From: Chara braunii
Taxonomy: Eukaryota; Plantae; Charophyceae
Assembly: GCA_003427395.1 (NCBI GenBank)
Contig: BFEA01000015.1
Location: forward strand, 1,669,800 to 1,733,799
Length of the DNA: 64,000 nucleotides
Direction: 5' to 3'
Shown piece after piece: positions 26,796-39,539 of this stretch. The notes under the pieces were generated by a model that did no database searches, had not been told where the DNA came from, and saw only the letters and a program-made list of their open reading frames with translations. The translations under genes were made by a program, and so were the position numbers. Each line of letters begins with the position of its first letter. Within the stretch, counting starts at the first letter, position 1.

Positions 26796-26960
26796 NNNNN
26801 NNNNNNNNNNNNNNNNNNNNNNNNNNNNNNNNNNNNNNNNNNNNNNNNNNNNNNNNNNNNNNNNNNNNNNNNNNNNNNNNNNNNNNNNNNNNNNNNNNNN
26901 NNNNNNNNNNNNNNNNNNNNNNNNNNNNNNNNNNNNNNNNNNNNNNNNNNNNNNNNNNNN

Positions 26961-26999
26961 GGAGAAGAGGACAACAAACGAGGGGCTGTGACAAACTGT
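26961..26999 (-). mobile_element. Fragment of the same (TA)n element (remainder in gap)
   Basis: GGAGAAGAGGACAACAAACGAGGGGCTGTGACAAACTGT followed by ATATAT. Confidence 0.7.
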
Positions 27000-27888
27000 A
27001 TATATTTGGTGGTTTTTTTATTTATTCGTCTCATCCTTATGCAGGTGCCATGCAGGTTCGCGCAACCGATCTAGACCGCAAGACTGATCTGGACCGCGCG
27101 ATCTTCACAATCGAACGGCCAGATCCGACCTCGCTGGCAGTAACTACGGTGGCCAACCTCAAAATGAGTTAGCCCGATGGCAAGTGAGGTTTGATCTTGA
27201 TGTCTGCTGGGTGAAAGTCCTGCACTGTAACCTACTGGGCTAGCTCCTATCACGATAGTGATAAGACAAGCTCTTCTATAAGAAGAGCTTGCCCAGTTGC
27301 TAGGCTACTACCACGTAGGCTAGCAGACCCTGAGGCGTGGGTCTGATGGCAAGCCAAACCCCCCCTTTCTCACTTGGTGGGGCACTGAGCCCTCCGGCTA
27401 GGTGCCTTGCCTTGGCCAGCGTACCGACCGCTCACGCCCGGCTTCACCGAAACGCATAGATCGGACGTGGCTTCAAGAGGGGTCGCGCTTTCACGCGCGG
27501 AGATCTTAATTAGCTCTTATAAGCTCTGAATCGCTCGGCTTAGCAGCCGCGCGTCCTTATTTTAGGCAGAATAGGTATAAAATCATTATATATATATATA
27601 TATATATAATTTATTTATTTTTTTTACAACCGTATGTCCGTGTGGCCTTACCAAACATGGGAAGAAAACCGGTCACACTGCCGGTTCTTGCCACCGATTC
27701 CATATGCCGCAGGCATCATGTCTTAGGTTTAATAAGTTTTCGTCTTTCGGTTGTAGGTGAAGTTCGAATAAACATATGGCAGATAACCCATCTCATCAAG
27801 TTATGAACCCCGGATAACCATTTATTATGTCGGACATTGTCCGACATTTAAAATACCGGGCAGAGGGTTTCGGCTCCGACACCGACGT

Positions 27889-28090
27889 TGAATCCTTAAT
27901 GTGATTGCATGTATGTGTTATGAGTTGAAGTCCTGATTGATTGTTTCTGCGATCATGTGTATATTTTGAAGGGAGTCTAATTGTTGATTGTGAGAGTGAT
28001 CACCTCGTGTTCTATAACCACATTATTTTTGCTTTGTGCATGTGCGTGGTCCACCCTGACCGTGCATAATGATTAAACAGATTGAAATCG

Positions 28091-28127
<37 letters not shown>

Positions 28128-29005
28128 TTAGAAGTTCAGGTCTGTGGCGGCTGTCAAAGTCAAACCCCTTGACCTGTTTCCATGTCTCCGATGATGGAGT
28201 CTCATTACCTGGGTCAAAGGCGTGCGACCTCCACAAAGGGGCAAAGCATTCTTACCACTCGTCTGTGCAGGGGACAAAAGAGGGCAGGTCTCACAATCAC
28301 ACTTGGGATTTTCTAGCATCAAGAGATTAACCTCTCAAGAAGTGTGTAAGACGACACGTGAGTGTCAAAAGCAACCCTTAAAGTCATTGAGGGTTGTTTG
28401 ATTATGGGTACCACATAGTACGCCATCATCGCAACTGCTCGTGTGTTCACGCATGACTAACCAATATGACAAGGCCTACGTCGCTTTGATATTTATTCAG
28501 AGTTTCGCGAGTATCTTTTACGTATTTTGTTGTAAAAAGATTATGAGTCGGATAAAAAAAAGGACTAGGTGCGATTTATGTGTGAAACTTGCTTTTATCT
28601 TGGCAAGGTGCGTGGTTAGATGGACCGTCCTAGTCGACCAATATAGAGTCGCGCTTGGGACATCAGCCCCCAGAGCGCCGGTTCCCACTCGGGTCCAATT
28701 AAGGTGTTCGACCACACGTACCCCCTATGCTACAGCGTACGAGAAATTGCCTCGACTGGGCCACCTTTGTGATTCCATTTGAGTAGCTTTCGCACATGGT
28801 TCGGTAGTTCGATGGGGATAAGCGTGTCCAAGGGTCGTAACAACCCCTTCAACAGAGGTAATTTATGCCTCGCGTAATCCTTATCCCTTCGTAGGGATTC
28901 GCGAGAGGTGCGGCTGGCGCACTAGGCCTGAGCTGCGAAATCTCCACTCTAAATCGTGCATGACGTGGCCGGGAGAGTCCTCCTGCGGGACCAATGCGCT
29001 CAACA
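27889..29005 (+). mobile_element. Probable solo gypsy LTR (copy C, about 1.1 kb)
   Basis: 3' part homologous to LTRs A/B/D. Ends GCGCTCAACA. Imperfect TSD ACGT(T)/ACGCT. Left boundary approximate. Confidence 0.6.
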
Positions 29006-29502
29006 ACGCTACTCCAGCAACGTATCGTCCAAGAAGTGAGTTACTCGAATTGTGTGTCTGCCCTTGCCTGACCTAACTATAAGTAGCATGGGCCTCGCTG
29101 GTGTGCCTCGGGTCTTGGCCTGAAACAACCTGCCTGGATCCCTACTGGACGTACAAACCCTCTCTGCTGATGTAACACGAAGTATCCACCACTGGATGAG
29201 CACAGACCTGATCCGAAAAAGTCTGACTACGAACAAAGAAGGCCCAAAAGGTGACCATTGTCTGAACAAACCAAAAGTATGTTCGGACGAACTGCAAGTC
29301 CGAAAGGATGCCTGAACTGAAAAAAATACGATAAATAATAAATAAATAAAGACATAAATGCTACCCCGAATCAAAGTTTGCGGCCCTCAGGTCAGTCGTG
29401 GGCCTCCAGGCCGCATATCTGAATGTCGTGCGACCTCGGGGCCCCCAGCAACAGTCGGGCGCCCGAAATAGGGCATGTGTGCAGGCTCAACATGTAACAA
29501 AA

Positions 29503-29561
<59 letters not shown>

Positions 29562-31277
29562 CATTTGATGGTATGTCTGCGGGATCGAGGCGGTTGCTAG
29601 TATGCTGGAGTGACCGTGGATAAGGTTGGGCATCGCTCAACTACTCTTGGCGTGCACAAAAGACGAAAGTCATGGCATTGAATCTTTCAATGTTTCAGCA
29701 AAAAATTCACTCTAGTTTTACACATTTCGAGAGTAGTGCAGCAAGGGTCGTTGTGCCGCTTCGTCTAAGACTCCACAACGAAAGTTTCCACCTGTTGTCG
29801 TGCACATTACAAACAAGCCAACCTGATCTCTCGAGAGTCATATTTTCATAGGTACTGAAGCCTGAGCCGTATGGACCATCAACACCCAGGCATGTAACCC
29901 CAACGAAAAAAAATAATAATAAATAAAAAGAACGCGAGGGAAAAAAAAAATCAAAAACATTCAACTTAAATGAGGCGATTAAAATGAAAAGCAAAATCAG
30001 CCCGACGGCCACGGTGTTCTCACAGTCATAGCAGAAAGCAGCCTACACCCAAAACAGAAGTCCCACCGCCCGTGACCCACTGCACAGTAGAACTATTGGC
30101 CCGCCTGGCTACCGGTAGGCCAAACAATGAAAAAAAAGTTTTAGGCCTACCGGTCACCGAGGTTTTTTAAGGTGGGGGGGCTGGTGGTTTAAACAGTGTG
30201 AAATACTACACATATGGAATGAAAGTTTATGAAGGAATATAAAGTTGTAGGCATAACTGGTCACATAAGGGTGTACAATTGGCAAGTTCTTAGCCTCTTA
30301 TAAAGAATCTTTCCGCCCACAATTCAGAAGTTGATAAAGTTTATCGTTCTATAATACAAAAACAAAAGAAAAAAACATGAATGATTAAAATTAAGAAGTT
30401 TTAAGCCACCAGTACCTCCGACTTTGTCACCTCCGACTTTGTTCTTATCAAGGTAACTGAAAGTGAAGAAAAAAAAGGAAGAGTGAGAGGAGGCAGGAAA
30501 AAAAAAAATGATATTTCAAATAGTAACACCGGTTTGCAGCTGAATTTCTCATTGGCCTCGGGATTTGGTTAGGGACATTCGTTCGATGGTCATGCATAGT
30601 AAATATCATTAGTTGTCTTTTTTTGTTTTTTGTACTTTTGTTATAAGATGGGCAGCATATGGTTGTTATTAGTTGTCTTCTAACCTGGACGAGCTTGATA
30701 TCAAAATATTCACTGTGTGGACCCATCGCAGTTGCACAGGACCAAATAAACTTGTGCCCCCCCAGGTGGATGTTGCTTCAGACCCTCACCGTGACACTCT
30801 ACAAATTGTGATATTTTTGTTTTTTGACTTTATCTTGGAAAGGTACTCCGAGGCTTCCTTTTGCTAAATCAGATTCCCCTTTCTCACAAAAAAACGAATC
30901 GACACACTAACAACTATTTCACCCAAGTATGCCACAACATGGAAATTGCAGCGCTTGCATGACCGCGTAAGAGAAAATCGGCTGCAAAAAGTATTGGTGG
31001 TTTAATATTGAAATACTTGTAGCTAATGGTAAACTGACTTCATATTAAGTTTATAAATAAAAATAGATGATATTATATAACTCTTAAAGCACTAGTACCT
31101 TTGCCGAGTGGGAAAATAGCGGGCCTCAGTTGGTCCTCTGACTCTTTCGGAGGCTGAAACGAAATGATGACCGCCGATCAGATTTATCAATGGCAGTCGT
31201 CGTCGGGCGCAACCTCCGAATCTTTCGGGGTTTGGGAAAACTGCCACTTTTCCCTATTTTTCCAATACTGGTGTAGT

Positions 31278-32044
31278 CAGGGTAACATGCGGTCGGGACG
31301 GGCCGAACGCCTGAACCCGAACGCCCGAACGTATGGGATCCCTTGAGGATGCGTTCGGCCGTTCGGGCGTAACGCGGACCCGAAAAAAAAGGAAAAAAAA
31401 AACAAAAAAAGTCATCAAATAAATCTGAAAAAAATATATGTTATGGAAAAAAATAAATTAAACAAGATTTGCCTGAGCATTACATCCAAATTCCTTACTA
31501 AATTTGAAATAAAAATAAAATACGGAAAATAAATACTAATAATAAAAATAAATAAAAATAAAACAAAAATTAAATTTAGTGAGTGCGCGAGCATGTTTTC
31601 GACACCGCCATCTTTGGCGATTTTTTTTTTTTTTTTGGAATAGCTAAATGCCCTGAAAATTTACAGATGTGTACTTCACATAATACAAAACCCACTAAAA
31701 AAGGTTCAAAAACTAATAAAATTGTTTAGAACCCGAACTAAAGTGAAAACAAAAAGTAAAAAGCGAAAAAATACGTAGGCGAGCACGTTTTGACACCGCC
31801 ATCTTCAGCGATTTTTAATTCTTGTTTGGCTTAGCCAAATGACATGAAAATCTACAGGCATTTACCTCACATCATAGAGAACTCACAAAAAAAAGATTAA
31901 AAAAAAAAAAAAACAATTTAGGCCCCAAAATAATTTTTGGCGGGGACCGAACACCGTGGGGTTCGGACCTCGTACGGGACCCCGAACGCCCGTACGTACG
32001 GAGGTCTGCCCGGGGACCTCCGTATGTACGGGCTGGTGACCCTG
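31278..32044. mobile_element. Non-autonomous hAT-like element (CGAACG/CGTACG ends, internal GCCAAAGATGGCGGTGTC repeats)
   Basis: Perfect 8-bp TSD GGTGTAGT. TIR CAGGGTAAC / CAGGGTCAC. Same family at 61586-63944. Confidence 0.9.
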
Positions 32045-33060
32045 GGTGTAGTACTATAACATATAAAAAATAAATTTAAATAGGAAGCAACATAAGAGAT
32101 TTTAAATTTGACATTTTGATTGTTAACCCACAACCAATATGTTTTCAACTCGTTGGTGAATCAAATAAATCATCTTTTGGGGAAATATTGTGGCTGTGAC
32201 ACACTTTTAGTTTGAAATACGCAGGAAAAGACAAAGTGGCGCCAGTGTTATGGTTAATGTGTAAGTTTAGCGGTGGTCTAAAACTGTGTCAATCATTACC
32301 CGCAGTAGCGCTTGGCAGATTTAGGATCGCCTTTTTTTATCCATCTCAGGAACTGCTAAACTTGTCTATACTGAATGTTGGGTCCGACTTCCACCTACTA
32401 CTTGCCCCTAATCTTTTATATTTTGCTAAGGATGTTATGAAAAGGTTCAAAATGTAACAAAAGCAATTGGTTGACATCAGATGCACCAACTCAAGATCTC
32501 ATATTTATACTTGTTTGGAAAAAAAAAAAAAGTACTAATAACCTTATTGCATTACCATACCTGGCACTTACTATAAATATCCTCCCCCCCCCCCGCCCTA
32601 GTGTATGTGAAATCTTACAGGTCCATGACTTTGTGATTCCCAATGAACCATAATAGGGTATGTCACAATTGTTTTTCCAGTGTTGAGGACCCAAGTCTTG
32701 GAACAATATACTTATGATTCAAGGACAATAACACAATTTTGCAATCGGTGGTAGAAATTGAATCCTTAATTTTCTATGGGCAGATAAATTCGTAAAATTT
32801 AAAAGATCATTGCAACAAATGTTGAGTTTATATAATTTGATATGTCATCACAATGAAATGCCATTGTTTCTTTAACACTTGTTGTTTACAATGATTCTTA
32901 TTGATGGGGGAATCGATTTGTTATAGACATGGGTTAAAGGAAAGACAACAATTTGGTTTGGAAAAGGATCACACAATGTCGGACATCTACCACATGTGGA
33001 TTGCCTCAGGGTCACATCGAAATTCTTTACCATATTTAAAATAAAAAATAAAGTTACAAT

Positions 33061-33125
33061 CTAGGCTACCAGTCAGGTCGCCCGGGTCCCGGGTGGCCAG
33101 CCCGTGCAAGGGCCAGGGAAGGTCC

Positions 33126-33171
<46 letters not shown>

Positions 33172-33172
33172 N

Positions 33173-33208
<36 letters not shown>

Positions 33209-33390
33209 GAATAAAAACTATGTTACACAGAAAAATAAACTGAACAACTTTTCCCTCAGGGTCACATTGAAATTCTTCACCATATTTAGAATACAAAATA
33301 AAATTTTAAAAATATGTTTTTTTCTTTTATCTTTTATAATTTTTTTTGCCCCGGCCGGGCAAGTGACCCCGGTCCACTCTGGTAGCCTAG
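33061..33390. mobile_element. hAT-type MITE, CTAGGCTACCA family
   Basis: TIR CTAGGCTACCAG. Degenerate TSD GTTACAAT/GTTAAAAA. Confidence 0.8.
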
Positions 33391-35842
33391 GTTAAAAAAA
33401 ACTTAAGTTTAATTTTCATTTGTTTTATTTTTTGTTTTTTTTTCCCTCAGAAGCAAGGTAGCCCAGAACAACTTTTGCCTCAGAATGAAGGCAGCCCAGA
33501 ACGTGATTGTATAACACAAATATAAAATTAAAAAATTACAATATAAGATTATATGAAGTAAAAAACTTTCATCCAAGATCTACAATTTGATCAATATGGA
33601 TTCTAAGGTCTCATTAGAATTCCTTACAACATCGAAGATAAAAAATATAAAAGGAAAAAAAAAACAAAGCACACTTCTCCAAACCCTATTTAAACCCCCT
33701 AAACCACCCTTGCGTAATTGACAAAACCGAAAAATGATTAGAAAACTGGATTCTGGCTGCTTATAGTAGGCACAAAAATTCCCCACCTACACATTAAATA
33801 AGATCAAAGAATATCTTGGACTTTTAACATTTTAGGGTTGGGAGTTCTTGGGATGTGCATTGGAAATACGGGACCACCAGCGTTTTGTCGGATGCTTTCA
33901 GAAAGTCAGAAATGAGGATAACTTGAAGAAGGGTTTGGGCCTGGCGATACGGGCCAGCCAAGACTTCTCATCTTGGTCCAGCAGAATCCAAAAAGCCGCG
34001 GCTATTTCAGGTTGGCTTTGCCGCATCGACCAGAATACTTCAACGCGCTATAAGATCCCAGGCCAGGTGATTTTGCTGAAACTGGCCTTTCAGCTGAAGG
34101 GCTTCCCCGTGGACTTGTTTTTGAAGGTATTTGACAATTTTGCTGGCACGCGATGCGCAGACTATGGCAACTGACAGCCAGCCTGCTCAGACACTTTTCA
34201 GCCTGACACTGTCTATAGTTAGAGTTGTCTTAATATTCGTCGTAGAGTATTTACTCTCTCTGTTTCGTTTTCCACCTCTTTCAGCTTACTCACTCGAGTA
34301 GCTCTTCTCCAGTTAGCACCCTGCGTTAACTGTTGACGACTACTCTGCTGTTGCCATCAGCTACTGCTGGTGGCGACCGCTGCCTTTTTGTTTTCGAGGT
34401 TCGACTGGTGGTTCTTGGGGTTGACGGCATGAAGGCGGAGGCTACTCGGGATGGGACATTTATGATGTGAATTTTTCCATGGGACATCCCTTTCAGGTTT
34501 TTGCCAAAGACTATCTCTGTGTGATTGCGATCATATGGTGTGCTCATGCATGTCGTGTGGTGTGCTATCTTTGCCCTTTGCCATTTGCCCTTTGCCATTT
34601 GCCCTTTGCCCTTAACACACAGCAGGTGAGTGCCTGACAAGCGTCATCGAGCGTCCTATATAACCTAGGTTAAATTCTAATTAAAAAGGCATTTTGAAGA
34701 GAAAGTCAAACACTACATAACCTACTGGACATAATGCTAAGGTTATAACTGGCAATGGAGGAGACCCGGGCTGCTGGATGATGACTGCCTTCATTCACAA
34801 TAGAGACCCCCGTCAGCACAGACTCAGCAGGACAGATACGCATATGTTCGGTTAAACCAACAGTACTTCTGGAAGTCGCATACGCAAGCGCCCCAGGCCA
34901 GTTCATCCCACCAGCACATTGTAGCGCCAATGTGGCCGCAACTTCCAGAAGTATTGGTTGTTTAAACACCAGCACTTTTCACCCTTCCATGGCAGAGCCT
35001 CAAAACCACGTGCGCCAAGAAAAAGAGCCACCGTGGGCCTTCTTTTGACTGGTGCTACCAGCCATTTTGCTCCGGCAGACCGGACCCCCAAGACTTGCGT
35101 CACGAGCGCCGCAACATCAGAGAAATATGGCGAGGAATTGTATTGGTGGTTCCGGCCACCAGTGCCACTAGGCCTATTGTCTCGAACCCAAGCTTTTTCG
35201 TCTCCCATAAATATGCCACCAGCCGCAGGCAGGCCAGTACTCCAAAAGCATGGCCTCCTCCACAGAGGCAAAAGTTTGGTTTGGCAGAAGGGTGCCACCA
35301 CTACTTCCACGGGCCTCGTTTTGGCTTGCGCCTCCAGCCACTTTCCTCCAGTGGCCGAGACCGGAAAGTTGCGGCAGCATGCACACCACAATTCAAAAAA
35401 ATAGCTGGCAAATGAGGTGGTGGTGGTACAGCAGTATTTTTTTACCCTTCCCTGCCCAACCCCAATAACGTCCCACATGCTGGAAAAAAAAAAATGAACC
35501 CGTACAAGACCCCTTTCGATAGTCCCTGCCCGCCATTTTGCTCCCGTAGGCTGAGCCCCTAAACATTCTGGGCTTCGCATCAATAGCTGGGCCAAGTACT
35601 GATGGTTTAATTACTTTTTTTTTCTTTTTTTTTTTCTTTTTTTTTTTTTTTTTAACACACGCCCACTGCAGTGCTAGTGGCGTTTAATTGCGCTAATTTA
35701 ACGCCCCTCCCCGTATGACGCCCGGGCAAATGGAACACCCAGGGCCTTATATTCGAATACAGAATGTGGCATGGCTAAATGCCTTGTAAAGGGGGGGCAA
35801 GGGAAAGGGTTGTAGCTCCAAAGGTGTGTGCCTTGGTTTGAT

Positions 35843-35927
35843 TTATTTTTTTTTCCCTCATGTGCAGGGGCCACGGTAAAAAATATACTCTGTAGTGGTT
35901 CCAATTTTAACAAATGTCCCGAAGGAC
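35843..35927 (-). pseudogene. U6: Degenerate 3'-truncated U6 retrocopy with A-tail
   Basis: Reverse complement GTCCTTCGGGACATTTGTTAAAATTGGAACC...TGGCCCCTGCACA...AAAAAAAAA. Confidence 0.8.
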
Positions 35928-35970
35928 TATTTTATTTCTCTAAATTTGAATTAACAAGGACTCCTTTTTC

Positions 35971-36388
35971 GGGGGGAAATGTTTCAATATGCCCCTGTAA
36001 TTTCCGTTCATTTGCAATTTGCCCTCGGACGGCAGACATCCCTGATTTACCCCTGTGGCCTCTCAACTTTCGTGCAGGCCCCTGTCAGTGAGGGGCCGAA
36101 TTTCCCGGAACGCCCCTGCCAGACTGGCTGTCCTATTTCCCATGGTGCCAGTCCGATTTGCCCTCCTGCAGGGCATGCATCTTTCTGAGATGCCATTCAA
36201 CAGGGAGGCAGCAATAACTCAAATCCAAACTCCGAAGTTTTCCACGCCGCCGGAAAAAAAGCAACGCCGCACACCATGTCGCCCCTGCACCTCCACTCCA
36301 CCGCTGTGGAGTTCATTCCTCTTCTGCTGCGACACGTCACCTTGGACGTCCTTGGAGTTTGTTCCCTAAGGTCTGCGTTCCACCACTT

Positions 36389-36461
<73 letters not shown>

Positions 36462-36637
36462 TTTTTTCACTTTTCTGCCGCGAGCGGATTCACGTCTGAT
36501 TATGGCCTGGTCCTCCAATCTTTTTCTCGTTGCCCTTCTACTGCAAGCGCATTCACGTTTGAGTATGGCCTCGTTGCTTTTCTTTTCCCCCTCTTCCGCC
36601 TCCTTTTCCTCCACCTTGACAACTCTCATACTTATAT

Positions 36638-36713
<76 letters not shown>

Positions 36714-37006
36714 TGGCTGCCACTGCCAACAACGGCCATGGGGGCATACTGAAAAGAGATTCATGGTACCGGTCGGGGCATATGGGAAATTCTAGTGCAG
36801 GTACTCAAAGGGCCATCCGGTAGGGGCATACTGGAAATTTGGCAGCCGTACTGGTAGGGGCACATTGAACATATTTGAGGCCCAAATGACAGCAGGGGTT
36901 TTCTGGAAACTTGAACCGTTGTCAGACGGGCAAATCAGGGTAAGTCGCCCATCAGAGGGGCAAACCGCAAATAAACTCGCTTCAGGGGCATTTTGCACAT
37001 TTTCCC
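35971..37006. mobile_element. Mutator/foldback-like element with long degenerate TIRs and internal (CT)n
   Basis: GGGAAATGT..ATGCCCCTG..TTTGC..TTTGCCC at left, inverted at 36956-37006. GCCCC repeats on the left versus GGGGCA repeats on the right. Confidence 0.6.
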
Positions 37007-37327
37007 TTTTCTTTGTCTTTTTCTTTTTTGGCTACAGCTGCTACACTATATTCTTCTCTCAAATTCTTCCGCCTTCCACTACCTACCTAATCCTAAGGCT
37101 ATATAGGGGGAACCCCTGCAACCATAGCGACCTCTCACAGTGAGGGGATATTGCATGATGACTCTTGCCACTCGTCTTCACCTGACAATAACTTCGGTGG
37201 CAACTTTGCGCGGGTTCAAAGAAAAAAGAAAGAAAGAAAGAAAAACTCAAAACGTTCTGTAAAAACCATATCTTGTTGCAATGCAACCAACTTTTGGCGG
37301 AAGGTCACTTGAGAATTCCTTACCAAC

Positions 37328-37393
<66 letters not shown>

Positions 37394-39092
37394 AAACCAA
37401 AAATACCCCTTACAAGTCAAACCCCCTTTCAACCCCCTTCAAAACCCATTTATACCCCTTTTAACCCCCCCTTCAGGGCCATGTATACTCCCTCTACAAG
37501 ATACTCCGCCGATGGCAATTCAAATATAACGCCCGCACATTCTATTCAAATATAACGCCCGGCCGGGGGTTACATTCGAAGGGGCGTTATAGTCAAAAAC
37601 AAAAAAAGGTAAAAACAACGATCTGATTTTTCCTTCTTTTAGTGGTTTGAAAAAAAACATCCGTACCTCTCCCAGTTATTTCTTCACTGCCGTGCTTGAA
37701 CTCCAACTGCCTGTGTTGTGTCCTGCACCCCCAAAAGTCAAAGTGCCTTCCAGCAGTCGTAAACTGGGCGAGGTACGGGCGGTTTAAGGGTGAAGGGTTG
37801 GGGCCGTCAGTTACGGTCCGACTAATGCAAAGACTGAGCATTTGCCAGTAGCTTAAACCACCACTGCCCCGGACATCAAACAATTCTCGGAGATATGCAT
37901 TTTCTAGGCGGCGCATAGCCTCGTCCTTGTGTCGTGGGCAGTCGTAGTCACACACTTCCCACCTGTGGGGCACTGTGCATTTCCTGCCGGTTGTTGGTTT
38001 CTTATTCCTTTTTTCTTTTTTTAAGTTACGGGGTGAGCCCGCCTTGGGGGGGTGTAAGATTTGGAACGAATTCCAGAAGTCAGGGGCAGATATCCCTGAA
38101 ACATAAAAAATAAGCAAAAGACAAAACGAAAAAGGAAAAGACGACTATGGATGTGTTCAACAAACTGGCCTTGCTCCAGTGCTCACCGAATGTGCAAAAT
38201 GAGAATGAATCTCTCGCTAGAAAATAGAAAGATGCACCACCATATTGGTAGGCCTTGCTCCAGTACTCACCACACGCACAAAAGACAAAAAATATGGCGT
38301 CGTACACATCCACATTCTAGCGGAAGATTGATTCTCATTTTTGCACATTTGGTGAGCGAGGCCCAATATCTACGCGCGCAGTGGCGGTTATCGGGGATCC
38401 TCTAGCAGGGACCCCCCTGCCATCCGCATGCGTGTGTGCGTGTGTGCGTGTGTGCGCCTTGGGGGTGGTGGTGGGGGGCGACCCCCCGAATACCAACCAA
38501 CCAATCAATCAATCAAAAAAGAAAAAAGTTAAAAAAAAAAAGAACAGCACCTTTGTTCCACATGCGCGCGTGTGTGTGCGTGCCGGCGGGGGGGGGGGNN
38601 NNNNNNNNNNNNNNNNNNNNNNNNNNNNNNNNNNNNNNNNNNNNNNNNNNNNNNNNNNNNNNNNNNNNNNNNNNNNNNNNNNNNNNNNNNNNNNNNNNNN
38701 NNNNNNNNNNNNNNNNNNNNNNNNNNNNNNNNNNNNNNNNNNNNNNNNNNNNNNNNNNNNNNNNNNNNNNNNNNNNNNNNNNNNNNNNNNNNNNNNNNNN
38801 NNNNNNNNNNNNNNNNNNNNNNNNNNNNNNNNNNNNNNNNNNNNNNNNNNNNNNNNNNNNNNNNNNNNNAAAAAAAAAAAAAAAAAAAAGGTTACCAAAG
38901 GGCCAAGCTCAGTCGTTACACCGATGAACTGTTAAAATACAGACTCCAGTCCAAATGCACATACTATCAAATGAACAGACTGAAATCGTTCTGGATTGCC
39001 TGGGGCTGCCGAGGTCAATGATGATATCTCAACGCCGTCACCCAATGTTCACAACGGACATACTACCCATAGGTCCCCATTGTTTTGCCCAA

Positions 39093-39539
39093 GGGTCTCG
39101 TTAGACACTCCTAAAAGAATCCTAAAATTTTTAGGACAGTCCTAAAGTTTTTTTAGGATTTCGTGCGTCGTGGTTACACACATTCCTAAAAGACCATTGT
39201 TTAGGACCAGTCCTAAAAGAAAGTAGTAATTAAAAAGAAAAAAATAAAAGAAAAAAAGTCATGCTTCAGGGTTTCAGCCAATAGGGTGCACCAGGAGTCC
39301 AAGACAACGGTGCCATGCGCACGTCGCCACGACTCCGTCAAACGCGGGACTCCTAAGAATTTCAGTAGGTCGGGGGCTACTGAAAAATTTAGGACGAATT
39401 TGCCTGGAGAATCCTCAATTCTTTAGGATTCGTCCTAACGCTGTTTTCACATTTTTTATCTCGAAATCGGATTTAGGATCGCGTGCAACGACGATGCAAT
39501 CCTAAAAACAGGCATTTTTAGGAGTGTCTAACAAGACCC
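39093..39539. mobile_element. Tourist-like (PIF/Harbinger) MITE
   Basis: 24-bp TIR GGGTCT(C/T)GTTAGACACTCCTAAAA. CAA/TAA 3-bp flanks. Confidence 0.8.

Larger units (their letters stand above)
23470..27881 (-). mobile_element. Unclassified repeated element, copy 2
   Basis: Homologue of 13165-18597 with a different set of nested insertions. Confidence 0.65.

Noticed and set aside
34903-35595. 230-aa ORF, and other 100-170 aa ORFs (37593, 39764, 41050, 55776)
   Set aside because: No recognisable domain, and they lie in degenerate repeat or UTR/promoter-like sequence.
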